Positions 7,622 through 17,447 of a DNA stretch of 34,865 nucleotides are shown here, one piece after another. The stretch comes from a virus. Taxonomy: Duplodnaviria > Caudoviricetes. A program made the position numbers and the translations under genes. Under the pieces are notes generated by a model. It was not told the DNA's origin. It saw only the letters and a program-made list of their open reading frames with translations, and ran no database searches. The DNA lies in IMG/VR virus record IMGVR_UViG_3300025530_000409, positions 1-34,865 of that record; one strand, 5' to 3'. Each line of letters opens with the position of its first letter. The stretch's first letter is position 1.

Positions 7622-10060
7622 TCATTCCAGCTCCAGGTCCTCCGGCTCGTTTTCTCCTGTCCGGCGGCGGGCAATGGCATCCCGGAGAGCCTTGATCGCG
7701 CCCCGCTGCTCAGCCGGAAGGTCTGACGCAAGCAGTCGCTCCAGGCGTGGCTCCCAGGCTTCGACTGCGACGAAGCGCTCGATGTTCGGCAATCTGGCAT
7801 GCCAAATGCGGTGCGCCGTGGCATCCCCTATGGTATGGGCCCATCCACGGTTGACGAGCGCGGTGACGATCCTCGCGAGCCCGTCATCCGTGGATGCAAC
7901 CCGCTTGACCCATTCGGAAGCTGCCCCCGCTGGACCCCAATCCCGCCACCGATGCAGCAGCATACCTATATGCGGGTGGCCGAGAAGAGCATCCGGATCC
8001 ATCGCCTGATCAGCGATGCGGTCAACCCATGCGGTCTTTGCCGCATCTAGGCCAGCATCAGTAAACACCAGCGAGTCGGGCGAACCTTTCTCCCGGCGCG
8101 AGTGTTCCGACAACAGAATGCTTGCCGCTAGAGAGAGGCCGGACGAGGCAGTGAATGCATTGAGGAAGAGGTCCGTACGTTGCTCCACGTCGTCGAGGCG
8201 AAGCAGATAGAACCGTACAACGCGACGGGCATGCATGAACGGTGAGATCAGAGTGCCGCTACCTTCGGCGTTCAGCCGTTCGGCGAAGTTCATCATGGCG
8301 GGCAGGAACTCGCCCGCAGCGCCCAGTGAAATGGCATCCTGGGCGCCGTCGAGCATGCTTATAGCCTCGAGCAGGAGGCCACGCTCCTCAAGGGCGCCGA
8401 GCACGGTCTCGAAGCGGTGGCGGTCAGCCGTGGCTTCGATGAGCTCGTCCATTTCCGAGCTCGAAATCTGACCCTCCGGGATTGCAAGGACAAAGTACCG
8501 ATCGAAGTGCCTTTCACTGCACACCCGCTTCTCAATGGACCACCCTTCGCCGTCGCGCTCCATTCCTCCAGGAAACACCCAATCGATAGAGGGAAAGAGC
8601 TCACGCATGATGTGCTCAAGGGCGCTGCGGCGTTCCTGGTTGCCCTTGGCCAAAATACCTTCAATTGCTTGTTGGACTTCAGCATCACGCTCGTGCATGC
8701 GACCGCTGGCGACGAGCATCCTCTTGCTGGCCGGTAGTGCGCTGTAGACATCCGGCTCGAAGACCCGGAGGGCCTCCAATCCGATGAGATCCACAGCGTT
8801 CACCTCAAGGGTACGGGTGCCCTTGAAGAGCGCGGTCTGGACCGACAGGGAGCCTGCGAGCCGATGCACATCCCGGAGGTGTCGGAGGTAGGGCCTCAAC
8901 CCGAAGACGAGGAGATTTCCCCACCGAGGCTCGTCGAATCCGTGGCGGGGATCTGCATATGGGCCAAGGATGCGGTTGAGGCTGTCGACCAGAATGTTCT
9001 CAAGGCGATGGTGCTCGACCTGTGGGACATCGAGGAAGACCTGGACGATTTTCTCCAGGTACTCGCGCCCGTTGATGACCGGCGTTCGCAGGCTGCCCTC
9101 CACCACCGCGCGCTGAAAGACAAGCAGATAAACGAGGTTGGGGAAGTCTCCGTTGACTTTTACATGCTGAAAGACCAGCCGGATTTCCGGCTCGCGCAGC
9201 CGATCGATGTCGTCGATAACGACTACTATGTTGCGTTGAAGCGACCGGAGGGCCTCGGTCAATTCCTGTCGCGCTTCCTCGACCGTGACCTCGCGTTCCA
9301 CGTGGCGCGCGAGCCATATCTCGGCCAAGCGGCCGCCAAACCTGAATACCTTTGCCAGCACCGCGAGGACGATGATGATCGTGCCGACCGTGATTACCGT
9401 CGTCTCAAGCCATTCCACGGCACCGCCCAGGCTGAACCCGAACATGGTCGCTGCCGCAATGGTTGCCGCATAGGTCGGGAGATTTTCCCCGATGCGTTCC
9501 ATCGTCTCCGCAGACCCGGAAACCAGGCGCGCGTACCGCAGCCAGCGTTGGGCCCGCTTGCGCCCGGCCGGGCTTTGGTCGGCCTTGCCGATGGCGACGA
9601 AGACTTCGTGGAAGAAGGCAGTGGTAATCTGTTCCGAAGTCTGCCAGCGCCACGGCGTGAACTCGACCACGAATGGCTTCGGGTCGTTACCTTCACGCAA
9701 GGCCTCCAATGCCATGTTCTTTATGGATGACTTGCCGGTCCCCCATCCTCCCCTGAGACCGATAACGAGACTGTGGCCGCCGGACCAGCCGCCAAGAACG
9801 TCGGCGAGGGTGCGCGCGAAGGTGGCGCGCCCGAGAACGTCCTCGGCACGACCACCGATGGGGGCATCCGCTACGAATGCCGGGTCGACGCGGCGGGGCT
9901 CAACGTGCTGTTCAGCGCGCCACATCCTTCTGAAAAGTCCCACTCCCCGCACTCCGTCATGTCGTTGAGCCAAAGGGCGCACCAAAGCACCCCACGGCCT
10001 CAAACAGGGCCTGAAGAAATGGCGCACAACCGATCCTTGCTGCCGTCCAAGGATGTGCAA
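7622..10060 (-). CDS. KAP-family P-loop NTPase with two transmembrane helices (true start probably 9943 or 9925)
   Basis: DVLGRATFA, Walker A GGWGTGKSS, two TM segments inserted in the NTPase, Walker B VVVIDDIDRL, GREYLEKIVQ. Confidence 0.9.
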   Translation of the reverse strand: MHILGRQQGSVVRHFFRPCLRPWGALVRPLAQRHDGVRGVGLFRRMWRAEQHVEPRRVDPAFVADAPIGGRAEDVLGRATFARTLADVLGGWSGGHSLVIGLRGGWGTGKSSIKNMALEALREGNDPKPFVVEFTPWRWQTSEQITTAFFHEVFVAIGKADQSPAGRKRAQRWLRYARLVSGSAETMERIGENLPTYAATIAAATMFGFSLGGAVEWLETTVITVGTIIIVLAVLAKVFRFGGRLAEIWLARHVEREVTVEEARQELTEALRSLQRNIVVVIDDIDRLREPEIRLVFQHVKVNGDFPNLVYLLVFQRAVVEGSLRTPVINGREYLEKIVQVFLDVPQVEHHRLENILVDSLNRILGPYADPRHGFDEPRWGNLLVFGLRPYLRHLRDVHRLAGSLSVQTALFKGTRTLEVNAVDLIGLEALRVFEPDVYSALPASKRMLVASGRMHERDAEVQQAIEGILAKGNQERRSALEHIMRELFPSIDWVFPGGMERDGEGWSIEKRVCSERHFDRYFVLAIPEGQISSSEMDELIEATADRHRFETVLGALEERGLLLEAISMLDGAQDAISLGAAGEFLPAMMNFAERLNAEGSGTLISPFMHARRVVRFYLLRLDDVEQRTDLFLNAFTASSGLSLAASILLSEHSRREKGSPDSLVFTDAGLDAAKTAWVDRIADQAMDPDALLGHPHIGMLLHRWRDWGPAGAASEWVKRVASTDDGLARIVTALVNRGWAHTIGDATAHRIWHARLPNIERFVAVEAWEPRLERLLASDLPAEQRGAIKALRDAIARRRTGENEPEDLELE

Positions 10061-10194
10061 CGAATAGAACTCAGTTCCTGTCGGCCTGCAACCGACGGAG
10101 CGAACATCCTGCTGTTATGAAAGGGGGGCGCTTGCCGCCAAATGGGCTGATGCCTTGGGCGTCGGCGAGGTCCCGATGCCCGCAGGCCGCAGCC

Positions 10195-11658
10195 TCAGCC
10201 TGTCCCGCGAACGGCGCGCAGGATGCGCACTACGTTGTCGGAGACACCCCCCTGCGCCGCGACGGTGACCAAGTCGGCATCAACGCTGCGTGCTGAAACT
10301 GGCAATGTAGCGACCACTGGCTCGGCCAGGTTCGTCGCCTTCACGGTAACGCGGAGGGCGCCTTTAAAATTGTACCTGCGTGGCACGGCCAGCCAAATCT
10401 TGGTTTCCGATGTCGCCGTGTGACGGAAATTGGTGCATTCACGGGAAGCGCACCTGAAATTCCCGTCCGCAGGCCGATCCCGCCAGTAAACCCTGTCCGA
10501 GTCTCGCGGCGTCAGAGTTGGCAGTTGGGGCGACGAAAGGTCCTTCAGAAAGCCGCCCGGCATTCCAAAATGGCCCTCGGCAGCGGAACTAAGCTCGAGG
10601 AGAGATTTCGGGGGAGGGGGCGGAGACGGGAGGTCGAGCGTGAAGTCACGGTTGAAATCTTCATCGGCGATCAGCACACCGCCGAGCCCCTCGAACTCCA
10701 TCAGGAGGTCTCTGGCCGGGTAGGTGCCCGTATTGGCGATCTTCACCACGACCATCCGCTGCCGGTTCGGAAGTTCGAGATGCAGCACCAAGTCGGAGAA
10801 GTACTGCCGAACCTTCTTCAGGTACGTAGGGTACCTCTCCGTCTGATATTGCCGAATTTCGTCTTCAGACGGGCGGCGTAGCTGGGGTGGAATGGCCAGA
10901 TGAGCGAACCTGTCGAGGTCGAGCACCGATCCAGTCGGAAATCCGGTTGAGCGGCTTTCCTTCGGGAAAGTTGCCATCGGATGGATACGCTGGACCTCCT
11001 CTATAAGACGCTCGATCTCCTCCTCGGTCAGGTCCGCAATCAGGGATGCATCTATGTCAATGTGGTCTGTGCGGGCACCATTCTGATCCAGGATCTGGAG
11101 GTCGATAACCGGATCCCGGTGTGTGGCCGCGACGAGTTGCTTCTCCAAGTTCGCGATACGTCGATCGCGCTCGTCGGGCTCTGGCTGGGCTAGCCAGGAA
11201 TCTGGAACCTTCTGGAATGCGAGTCCGACTGACCTCGCAGCAACCACAGGGCCCACGTCGTGTGAAACAACCACCGTGTGACGGCCTTCAGCATCACGGT
11301 GAGCACATGCTTCGGCGACCAGTTGATGGTCCGGGTTCATGGGATCCAGGTTTGGAAACTCATCCCATTGGATGCGCCGCGGCGAAGATAGGCAGACCGT
11401 TACTCTCGGATTCGCTTCGCGCACCACGCGGGCAGCCTCATCGTCCTGGAGCAGTCGCCCGAAGAGGGAGGATGCTGCCCGCGCTCGGCGTCCGCGGCGC
11501 GTGTTACCTTCACCCTTGAACCGATCGAGTTCGCGCATCGTGGCGGCCGCCACCAGCAGCTCCACATCGTCGCCGCCGCTGATGTCACCCCAAGGTAGTT
11601 CCTTCAGATCGCGACACTGCAAGAACACGTTGGTGTCGGGGAACGCGGCGATGGTCAT
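10195..11658 (-). CDS. PIN-domain ribonuclease-like protein with long C-terminal extension
   Basis: N-terminal FPDTNVFL, MRELD, NPDHQLV and VVSHD acidic PIN pattern; coiled coil; beta-rich C-terminus. Confidence 0.82.
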   Translation of the reverse strand: MTIAAFPDTNVFLQCRDLKELPWGDISGGDDVELLVAAATMRELDRFKGEGNTRRGRRARAASSLFGRLLQDDEAARVVREANPRVTVCLSSPRRIQWDEFPNLDPMNPDHQLVAEACAHRDAEGRHTVVVSHDVGPVVAARSVGLAFQKVPDSWLAQPEPDERDRRIANLEKQLVAATHRDPVIDLQILDQNGARTDHIDIDASLIADLTEEEIERLIEEVQRIHPMATFPKESRSTGFPTGSVLDLDRFAHLAIPPQLRRPSEDEIRQYQTERYPTYLKKVRQYFSDLVLHLELPNRQRMVVVKIANTGTYPARDLLMEFEGLGGVLIADEDFNRDFTLDLPSPPPPPKSLLELSSAAEGHFGMPGGFLKDLSSPQLPTLTPRDSDRVYWRDRPADGNFRCASRECTNFRHTATSETKIWLAVPRRYNFKGALRVTVKATNLAEPVVATLPVSARSVDADLVTVAAQGGVSDNVVRILRAVRGTG

Positions 11659-13674
11659 TCACGACTCGGGCTCGGTAGATGTTGTTGCAACATACACTAC
11701 TCGATTCGACACGACGGCGTAGTCTTCGAAGCGGGCCGATGGCTGGTCGAACAACTCAAAGACTGCCGAGGAGTCGGCTCCGCTGTGTTGACCCTCAGCG
11801 GTGCCACATCGCTGAGGTCGAGTGCGCACCAAGTAGTGGCTCGACGCCGCCGTCGGCGGATGCAGCAGCCGCCAAGCTGCGTAGACCTTGGCACGGCTCT
11901 CAGCCGTGCTGCACGCTTCCTGACAACCACTGAGCCGTAACGCCGCGAACGCCCGGCGAAAGTCCGGCTGTGCCGGGCGCACCGGCGCCGATGTCGATGG
12001 CGCATCGGGCACATGAGCCGGGGTCGCCGGGGCTGCCGGGCGCAGAAAGGCGGGAACTGGCAGGTGGGTGATCGGCCGAAGTAACGCCGGGAGGGCTGGG
12101 AGGCCGTGAACTGCTGCCACCATGCGGGCGGCCGTGGAACGCTCCCGGCTGACCGAGTGCACCATCGCTTCGACCGGGGCCGAAGCTCCGGTACCCTTTT
12201 TAACGGAAGGGGAGCGTTCTGCCGGTTCCGGTCTGTTTTCGTTCGCCGTCACGGAATCTAGAACAGCCCGCCAGCAGGCACGGGCCGTCCGCTCGCTGCG
12301 TCGGGCTGCCGCTGCTACGGCGGCCTGGGTGGGCTTGGTGCCATCGGCGACAAGGCGCCGGTACGCGGCCACCAGCGCCTGCACCGTTGCGGCCCTCCGG
12401 TCTGCCGCGGTGTCCCGACCGGCGGCCGCTTGGCGGCGCCGAACCTCGTCGGGCGGGAGCGGCGGGTGGGCCGCGCGCTCGAGGACGTAGTCGGCGACCC
12501 GCACCGCGGCCCCGCAAACTTGGGCCTCGCTGCGACCCGCTGCGTCGGCCAGAGTCAGCGCAAACATGACAAGCTCGGCCCGGAACTCCTCGCGGCCGAC
12601 ACCGGCGGCGAGGCGGTCGGCGACGATAGAGCGGGCACGATCCCGGAGCGCGACGAACAAGGCGTTCGAACCAGCCTCGGGATCGATGATCGTCTCCGGC
12701 GACCGCCCCAGGGCAGGCGGGCGGCCGGTTTTGAGTTCGTCGTCGGTCACGTCGAGGCGGACGTGCCGGGCAAGCTCCCCTAAGCTGTAAGGGCGTTCTA
12801 CGGCGACGTGACGCGACCAGACCGGGCACAGCGGATTCTTGACCCGCAGAGGATTGCTGAGGCCGCCGGGATCCGCTCCGGCGGCCGCCAGTGCGAACGT
12901 CAAGCCGCGCAGTACCTTGTGCCAGAGCGCGCGGTACTCTGGCCGTCCGCGGCCGCAGAAAGTCACGGGGTCGGCGAGAATCCATATCAGGTGAGGGTGC
13001 AGTGCCGCACCGTCGGCGCGGACGTGTCCGACGACGACGTTGGGCTCCGGCACTCCGACCGTATCGCAGGCTGCCCGGACGGCGGTGAAGCTGGCGAAAT
13101 CGGCGTCGAGCTCGACGCGCAGGATGCCGCGCATGCGGGTGTTGGCGCTCACGTAAGCCGAGTCCAGCGCCAGCAGCTTGCTATCGCCCTGGGTCGCCTC
13201 GGCTTTGGTCGCGCCGGTCTGCAACCGATGCGCCGCCAGCCCGGCGCGTGGGACGCGCTGCACGAAGGCTTGCAGAACCGGGTGCTCATCGCTGACGAGA
13301 CCGCGGTACGTCTGCGCGGGCTGGTAATAGCGCGGGTTGCCGCCGACGGCTCCGCCGGACCAGTGGTAGCCATGTGCCCATCTCGCTTCAACGGCTTCGG
13401 CTCGGCTTGTAGCGCGCTCCATCGCGGCGTCGCGACAGGCCTCCTGCTCGGCGGTTAGCGGTCGTGCAGGAGGCCGCTGGCGACGTTCACGGGCCTTCTC
13501 GCGGCGGTCTGCCCGCGCACGGCGAGCTTTCCGGCTGTGGTGTTCATAGATACCGGGGTAAAAGTCGAGCCAGTCACCGAGTAAAGTGCTTTGGCTGGAT
13601 GGAGCAAATTTGTTGACAGGCTGGGTAGTATTGGGTTGAGGGCTGGATGCGGGAGTATCCGGGCGCCCGGTCAA
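11659..13674 (-). CDS. ColE2-type replicase (AEP primase-like Rep) with C-terminal HTH and low-complexity tail
   Basis: ILRVELDAD, VPEPNVVV, HPHLIWILADPV, ADPGG, KNPLCPVW, YSLGEL and GSNALF; HTH PTQAAVAAAARRSERTAR; TTG start with AGGCGG SD. Confidence 0.82.
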   Translation of the reverse strand: MTGRPDTPASSPQPNTTQPVNKFAPSSQSTLLGDWLDFYPGIYEHHSRKARRARADRREKARERRQRPPARPLTAEQEACRDAAMERATSRAEAVEARWAHGYHWSGGAVGGNPRYYQPAQTYRGLVSDEHPVLQAFVQRVPRAGLAAHRLQTGATKAEATQGDSKLLALDSAYVSANTRMRGILRVELDADFASFTAVRAACDTVGVPEPNVVVGHVRADGAALHPHLIWILADPVTFCGRGRPEYRALWHKVLRGLTFALAAAGADPGGLSNPLRVKNPLCPVWSRHVAVERPYSLGELARHVRLDVTDDELKTGRPPALGRSPETIIDPEAGSNALFVALRDRARSIVADRLAAGVGREEFRAELVMFALTLADAAGRSEAQVCGAAVRVADYVLERAAHPPLPPDEVRRRQAAAGRDTAADRRAATVQALVAAYRRLVADGTKPTQAAVAAAARRSERTARACWRAVLDSVTANENRPEPAERSPSVKKGTGASAPVEAMVHSVSRERSTAARMVAAVHGLPALPALLRPITHLPVPAFLRPAAPATPAHVPDAPSTSAPVRPAQPDFRRAFAALRLSGCQEACSTAESRAKVYAAWRLLHPPTAASSHYLVRTRPQRCGTAEGQHSGADSSAVFELFDQPSARFEDYAVVSNRVVYVATTSTEPES

Positions 13675-13699
13675 CTACCGCCTGAGACGGCGGCAGTCC

Positions 13700-13795
13700 T
13701 TGAAATCGCGCAGGTTTTGCATCACGATTGGACTACCTTGAGAGAAAACGCCGCGCGAGCCCCTGGCAGGGCGATGACCGCGGCGTTTCTATTCT
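13700..13795 (+). ncRNA. Candidate antisense (copy-control) RNA opposite the rep leader, with its promoter
   Basis: TTGAAA-N17-CACGAT (13700-13728), then stem AAACGCCGCG/CGCGGCGTTT (13746-13755/13779-13788); on the minus strand the same hairpin is followed by TTTTCTCTC. Confidence 0.5.
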
Positions 13796-13832
13796 GCGCA
13801 TGGGATCGTACGCACCGTCAAGACGATTGAAT

Positions 13833-14111
13833 TTATCTTTCGTAACCCGACGAAGGTCGCCGAGGGGAGGGGCTTGGGGACGGCGTCTGAGGTTGCTGGG
13901 ACGAGTGCTGCATTTGCTTCTGCTTCAACCGGCGAGCGATCTCTCGCGCTGCGTTAGGCGTTTGCGCGCTGTGAATAATTTCGCCGCTCGGCTTTGCGAC
14001 GGCAAAGTATGTACTTAGCTCGTCCGTCTCGGTATTGACTGCGACCATTTTGAGTATCATGAATCCTTCGAAGTTCTCAAGAAAGTGGCCTGTTACGAGA
14101 ATCATGTCCAA
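13833..14111 (-). CDS. Hypothetical protein
   Basis: 92-aa ORF of lower GC between int and rep. Confidence 0.5.
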   Translation of the reverse strand: MDMILVTGHFLENFEGFMILKMVAVNTETDELSTYFAVAKPSGEIIHSAQTPNAAREIARRLKQKQMQHSSQQPQTPSPSPSPRRPSSGYER

Positions 14112-14206
14112 CCCGATTACCTGGTTAGGTTTGTTCGTCTAAACCTGAGCAATCTGGGATTGCCAATCCGTTAACAGTCCAACGGTTGTCTGCGTCCTAT
14201 TGGCTT

Positions 14207-15328
14207 CTAGCCCAGCTTTCGTGCGACTTCGGAGGCTCTTGCGTTGACATAGCCAAGCAGGACTTGCGCCGTCCGATGTCCCGACTGCGCTTTGAGTTCG
14301 CCGATCGTGAGGCCTTTTTCCGCCATCCGAGACAGGCCTTCGTGCCGAAGATCGTGCCAGCGTAGACCTTTTACGCCCGCGGCCTTGCGTGCGAGGCGCC
14401 AACGGTATTCGACCGCCGGGACGTCTAACTTAAAGATGCGCGCGTCGGGATCGGCGTCCGCGGGTAGCTGTCCTACGAGGTCGTCGAGGGCTGCGGCCGC
14501 GCGAGTCGACAGCACGACGCGGCGCCCGGCGTTGTTCTTTGAATCCGGGCGTCGGATGGAGCGGACGCCGCGCGTTCTCAGTAGCTGTCCGCGCCGCACG
14601 TCCAGCACTTCCGACAGCCGCATGCCGGTCTCGATCGACAGCACGAAAAGGACGACCATCGCCGTCCCGTCCGGTCCATTGGCGAGGGCGGCGAGGAGGC
14701 GTTCCTCTTCGCCTGCCGCAACGTCGTCGCCGTCTTCAAGGCGCCGATGACGGGCATCCGGGGGTGGGGGCAGGATTACGTCGGGCACCGGGTTGACGAG
14801 GCTCGTCAGGCCCCATCCGTGCTGTCCTGTCCCGTCGGCGTCGGGCGCGCTCGCGTGCTGGTAGACGGCGGACAGCAGGAAGATTTCGTTTCGTACGGTA
14901 TTTGCGCTCCGGCCTGCTGCCAGCCGCTCGCCGACGTGGCCTTGCAGGTCGCGCGACGTGACCTCGTCGAGCCGCTTCTTGGTGAGCTCGCGGCGGCGCC
15001 ACCATTCGATACGGTTATGCTCCTGTTTCCAGCCCTTTTTCCGCCCGCTGACGGTGCGGTCGTAGTGAGCGAGCGCGCGGTCGAGCGTCCAGCCCGGATG
15101 CGGCTGCGTGTCGTCGACGGCTGCCGTCGCCGCTTCCTCCAGTCCCCACTTGCGCCAGAGATGTGGCGGTATTAGATCACGGCGAGGCCATTCCCTGTTG
15201 TCGATTGCCGCCTTGACGGCACCCGACCACCTTGTCGCCGCCGTCCTGGTGTCGAAGGTCTGCGCAATCGACACGCCTTTGTACCGGACTTGCGCCGTCA
15301 CCCGACCATTGCGAACCGTCCCTGCCAT
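14207..15328 (-). CDS. int: Tyrosine recombinase/integrase
   Basis: Catalytic motifs ETGMRLSE (R), DSKN (K), WHDLRHE (HxxR), SGHRT (H) and LLGY (Y); adjacent to the tRNA fragment. Confidence 0.95.
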   Translation of the reverse strand: MAGTVRNGRVTAQVRYKGVSIAQTFDTRTAATRWSGAVKAAIDNREWPRRDLIPPHLWRKWGLEEAATAAVDDTQPHPGWTLDRALAHYDRTVSGRKKGWKQEHNRIEWWRRRELTKKRLDEVTSRDLQGHVGERLAAGRSANTVRNEIFLLSAVYQHASAPDADGTGQHGWGLTSLVNPVPDVILPPPPDARHRRLEDGDDVAAGEEERLLAALANGPDGTAMVVLFVLSIETGMRLSEVLDVRRGQLLRTRGVRSIRRPDSKNNAGRRVVLSTRAAAALDDLVGQLPADADPDARIFKLDVPAVEYRWRLARKAAGVKGLRWHDLRHEGLSRMAEKGLTIGELKAQSGHRTAQVLLGYVNARASEVARKLG

Positions 15329-15339
15329 TTGTCGCGTCC

Positions 15340-15372
15340 TGCTACAATGATGCTACGGAAATTCATTGTAGC
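15340..15372. repeat. Integrase arm-type sites / inverted repeat between int and att
   Basis: GCTACAATGA (15341-15350) and TCATTGTAGC (15363-15372) are perfect inverted copies; TGCTAC is repeated directly at 15340 and 15351. Confidence 0.6.
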
Positions 15373-15408
15373 TTTGAAAATGGCAGAAAACCAGGAACAC
15401 CGCACGCA

Positions 15409-15468
15409 TTGCTAAACCGTTATACGGGTAACACCGTATCGAGGGTTCGAATCCCTTCCCCTCCGCCA
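15409..15468 (+). tRNA. 3' half of tRNA-Ser(GCT) (att site; 5' half absent)
   Basis: Anticodon loop TTGCTAA, long variable arm TACGG-gtaaca-CCGTA, T-arm GAGGG-TTCGAAT-CCCTT, acceptor CCCCTCC-G-CCA; upstream sequence cannot form the D-arm or 5' stems. Confidence 0.88.
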
Positions 15469-15812
15469 CTTGCTTTCGCGGAATTTTTCTCTTCCTCTGC
15501 GAGCTCGAAATTTTCCCCATGTTTTCAAGGGTTACGCTGGCGGGCTGTTCACCGCCGGAGGCGCGTGAAAGCCAAAATTGGTCTCTCCGGGCCGATATTC
15601 TCTGAACCTGTTGACTGCGCCGATTTGGTGAATTGCCTGCAAGGAATTGATTTGAAACGAACAATGTGTAACGCAACCTGAACACTTCGATGCGGGTGGC
15701 ATCTGGCGAAGATCGACCGGGATCGGACGTTCGCCGCTGCGAATACGGCGCGGATCAGGCATCGTCGACGGCCAGTGCGACCAGCCACCCGATACGAACG
15801 CAAGAAGCCGCG

Positions 15813-17447
15813 TCAATCTGCCCCTTTATCAAATTCGTACGGTAATGTCGGCACCCCCAGTTCCTCCAGAAAGCCGTTGTGCCGTGCGGCTGCCGATCGG
15901 ACCTGTTTTCGCAGGTCTCCCAGTCGCTGATGGACAGCGGCGAGGTCGACCTCTTCCTCTGGCTTGGCGGTGCTCACATAGCGCGAAATGTTGAGGTTGA
16001 AGTCGTGCTCTTCCTCAATTTCTTGAAGGCTGACGACCCTTGAATAACGATCTTCTTCCTTGCGGTGCTTGTACGTCTCGACGATCTTGTCGATGTGCTC
16101 AGGCAGCAGTGCGTTCTGACGCTTTCCAGGCTGATAGTGCTCGGCTGCATTGATGAAGAGCACGTCATCGGTCCGTTTGCATTTCTTCAGCACCAGAATG
16201 CACACCGGGATCCCGGTCGAATAGAACAACTTCGCCGGCAGGCCAATCACTGTGTCGATGTTGCCGTCCTTCAGAAGCTTCGTCCGGATCTTCTTTTCCG
16301 CCCCGCCGCGGAACAGAACCCCGTGCGGAAGGATGATCGCCATGGTTCCGTCCTTGGCGAGGAAGTGAAACCCGTGCAACAGGAAGGCGAAGTCGGCCGC
16401 CGACTTGGGCGCCAGGCCGTAATCCTTGAAGCGGAAGTCCTTCGCCATCTCCTCGGACGGGTTCCAGCGATAGCTGAAGGGCGGGTTGGCGACCACGGCG
16501 TCGAATTCGATCTTCTTGGCCGGGTTCGGCTCGCGCAGGATGTCCCAGTCATTTTCCAGACTGTCCCCGTGATGAATTTCGAACTCCGTATCCCGAACGC
16601 CATGCAGCAGCATGTTCATCCGCGCGAGGTTGTAGGTGGTGATGTTCTTCTCCTGCCCGTAGAGCTTGCCGATGCCGCCCTTGCGCATGTGGCGCCGGAC
16701 GTTCAGCAAGAGCGAGCCAGAGCCGCAGGCGAAGTCATAGACGCGGTTGAGCTTGTCGCGCTTGCCCGCCGCCGGGTCCTGGCTGTCAAGCGTGACGATT
16801 TCCGACAGGATGTCGGAAATGCGTTGGGGCGTGTAGAATTCGCCCGCCTTCTTGCCGGAACCGGCCGCGAACTGGCCGATCAGGTATTCGTAGGCATCGC
16901 CCAAGAGATCGCGCTCGCTGGGGAATTCGGAAAGCCCCTCATTGATCTTCTGGATGATCGTGCAAAGCCGCGCGTTGCGTTGCGCGTAGTTCTTGCCGAG
17001 CTTTTCGGAGTCGAGATTGATCTCCGAGAACAGCCCCTGAAAGCTCGACGAGAAGGACTCGTTCTCGATGAACTTGAAGCCTCGTTGCAGCGTGTGCAGC
17101 AGTTCGTCGTTCTGGGTGCGGGCCATTTCGGCGATGGAGCTCCAGAGGAATTCGGGCTTGATGACGTAATGCACCTTTCGGCGCATCACCGCCTCGAATT
17201 CATCCGTGTCGTCGGGGTTCTGCGCATACCAGACGGCCAGCGGCGACCGGCGGTCGCCGGGCGGAAGCTCCGGCCAGTCGGCGCCCAGCTCGGCCTTGGC
17301 CGCCTCCTCATAATTGTCCGACAGATAGCGCAGGAAGAGGAAGGACAGCATGTAGTCGCGGAAGTCATCCGCGTTCATTGCCCCGCGCAGCTCGTCAGCG
17401 ATGGCCCAGAGGGTCTTGCCCAGCTTGGTCTGGTCTTGTTCGGTCAT
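15813..17447 (-). CDS. hsdM: Type I R-M methyltransferase subunit M
   Basis: LWAIADELRG, GDAYEYLIGQFA, GEFYTP, YDFACGSGSLL, VANPPF, LPHGVLFRG. Confidence 0.97.
   Translation of the reverse strand: MTEQDQTKLGKTLWAIADELRGAMNADDFRDYMLSFLFLRYLSDNYEEAAKAELGADWPELPPGDRRSPLAVWYAQNPDDTDEFEAVMRRKVHYVIKPEFLWSSIAEMARTQNDELLHTLQRGFKFIENESFSSSFQGLFSEINLDSEKLGKNYAQRNARLCTIIQKINEGLSEFPSERDLLGDAYEYLIGQFAAGSGKKAGEFYTPQRISDILSEIVTLDSQDPAAGKRDKLNRVYDFACGSGSLLLNVRRHMRKGGIGKLYGQEKNITTYNLARMNMLLHGVRDTEFEIHHGDSLENDWDILREPNPAKKIEFDAVVANPPFSYRWNPSEEMAKDFRFKDYGLAPKSAADFAFLLHGFHFLAKDGTMAIILPHGVLFRGGAEKKIRTKLLKDGNIDTVIGLPAKLFYSTGIPVCILVLKKCKRTDDVLFINAAEHYQPGKRQNALLPEHIDKIVETYKHRKEEDRYSRVVSLQEIEEEHDFNLNISRYVSTAKPEEEVDLAAVHQRLGDLRKQVRSAAARHNGFLEELGVPTLPYEFDKGAD

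Larger units (their letters stand above)
1..15468. mobile_element. Element A: integrative (probably mobilisable) element integrated in tRNA-Ser(GCT); left end outside window
   Basis: Tyrosine integrase directly beside a tRNA 3' fragment that begins at the anticodon loop; replicase, MobS-like, DotA/TraY-like and defence-like cargo. Confidence 0.75.

Noticed and set aside
15380-15468. Complete functional tRNA-Ser gene
   Set aside because: The 5' acceptor strand (expected GGAGGGG), D-arm and 5' anticodon stem are absent; only the 3' half is present
15655-15685. Second LexA box (TAAC-N7-GAAC)
   Set aside because: Imperfect match and not upstream of any gene start
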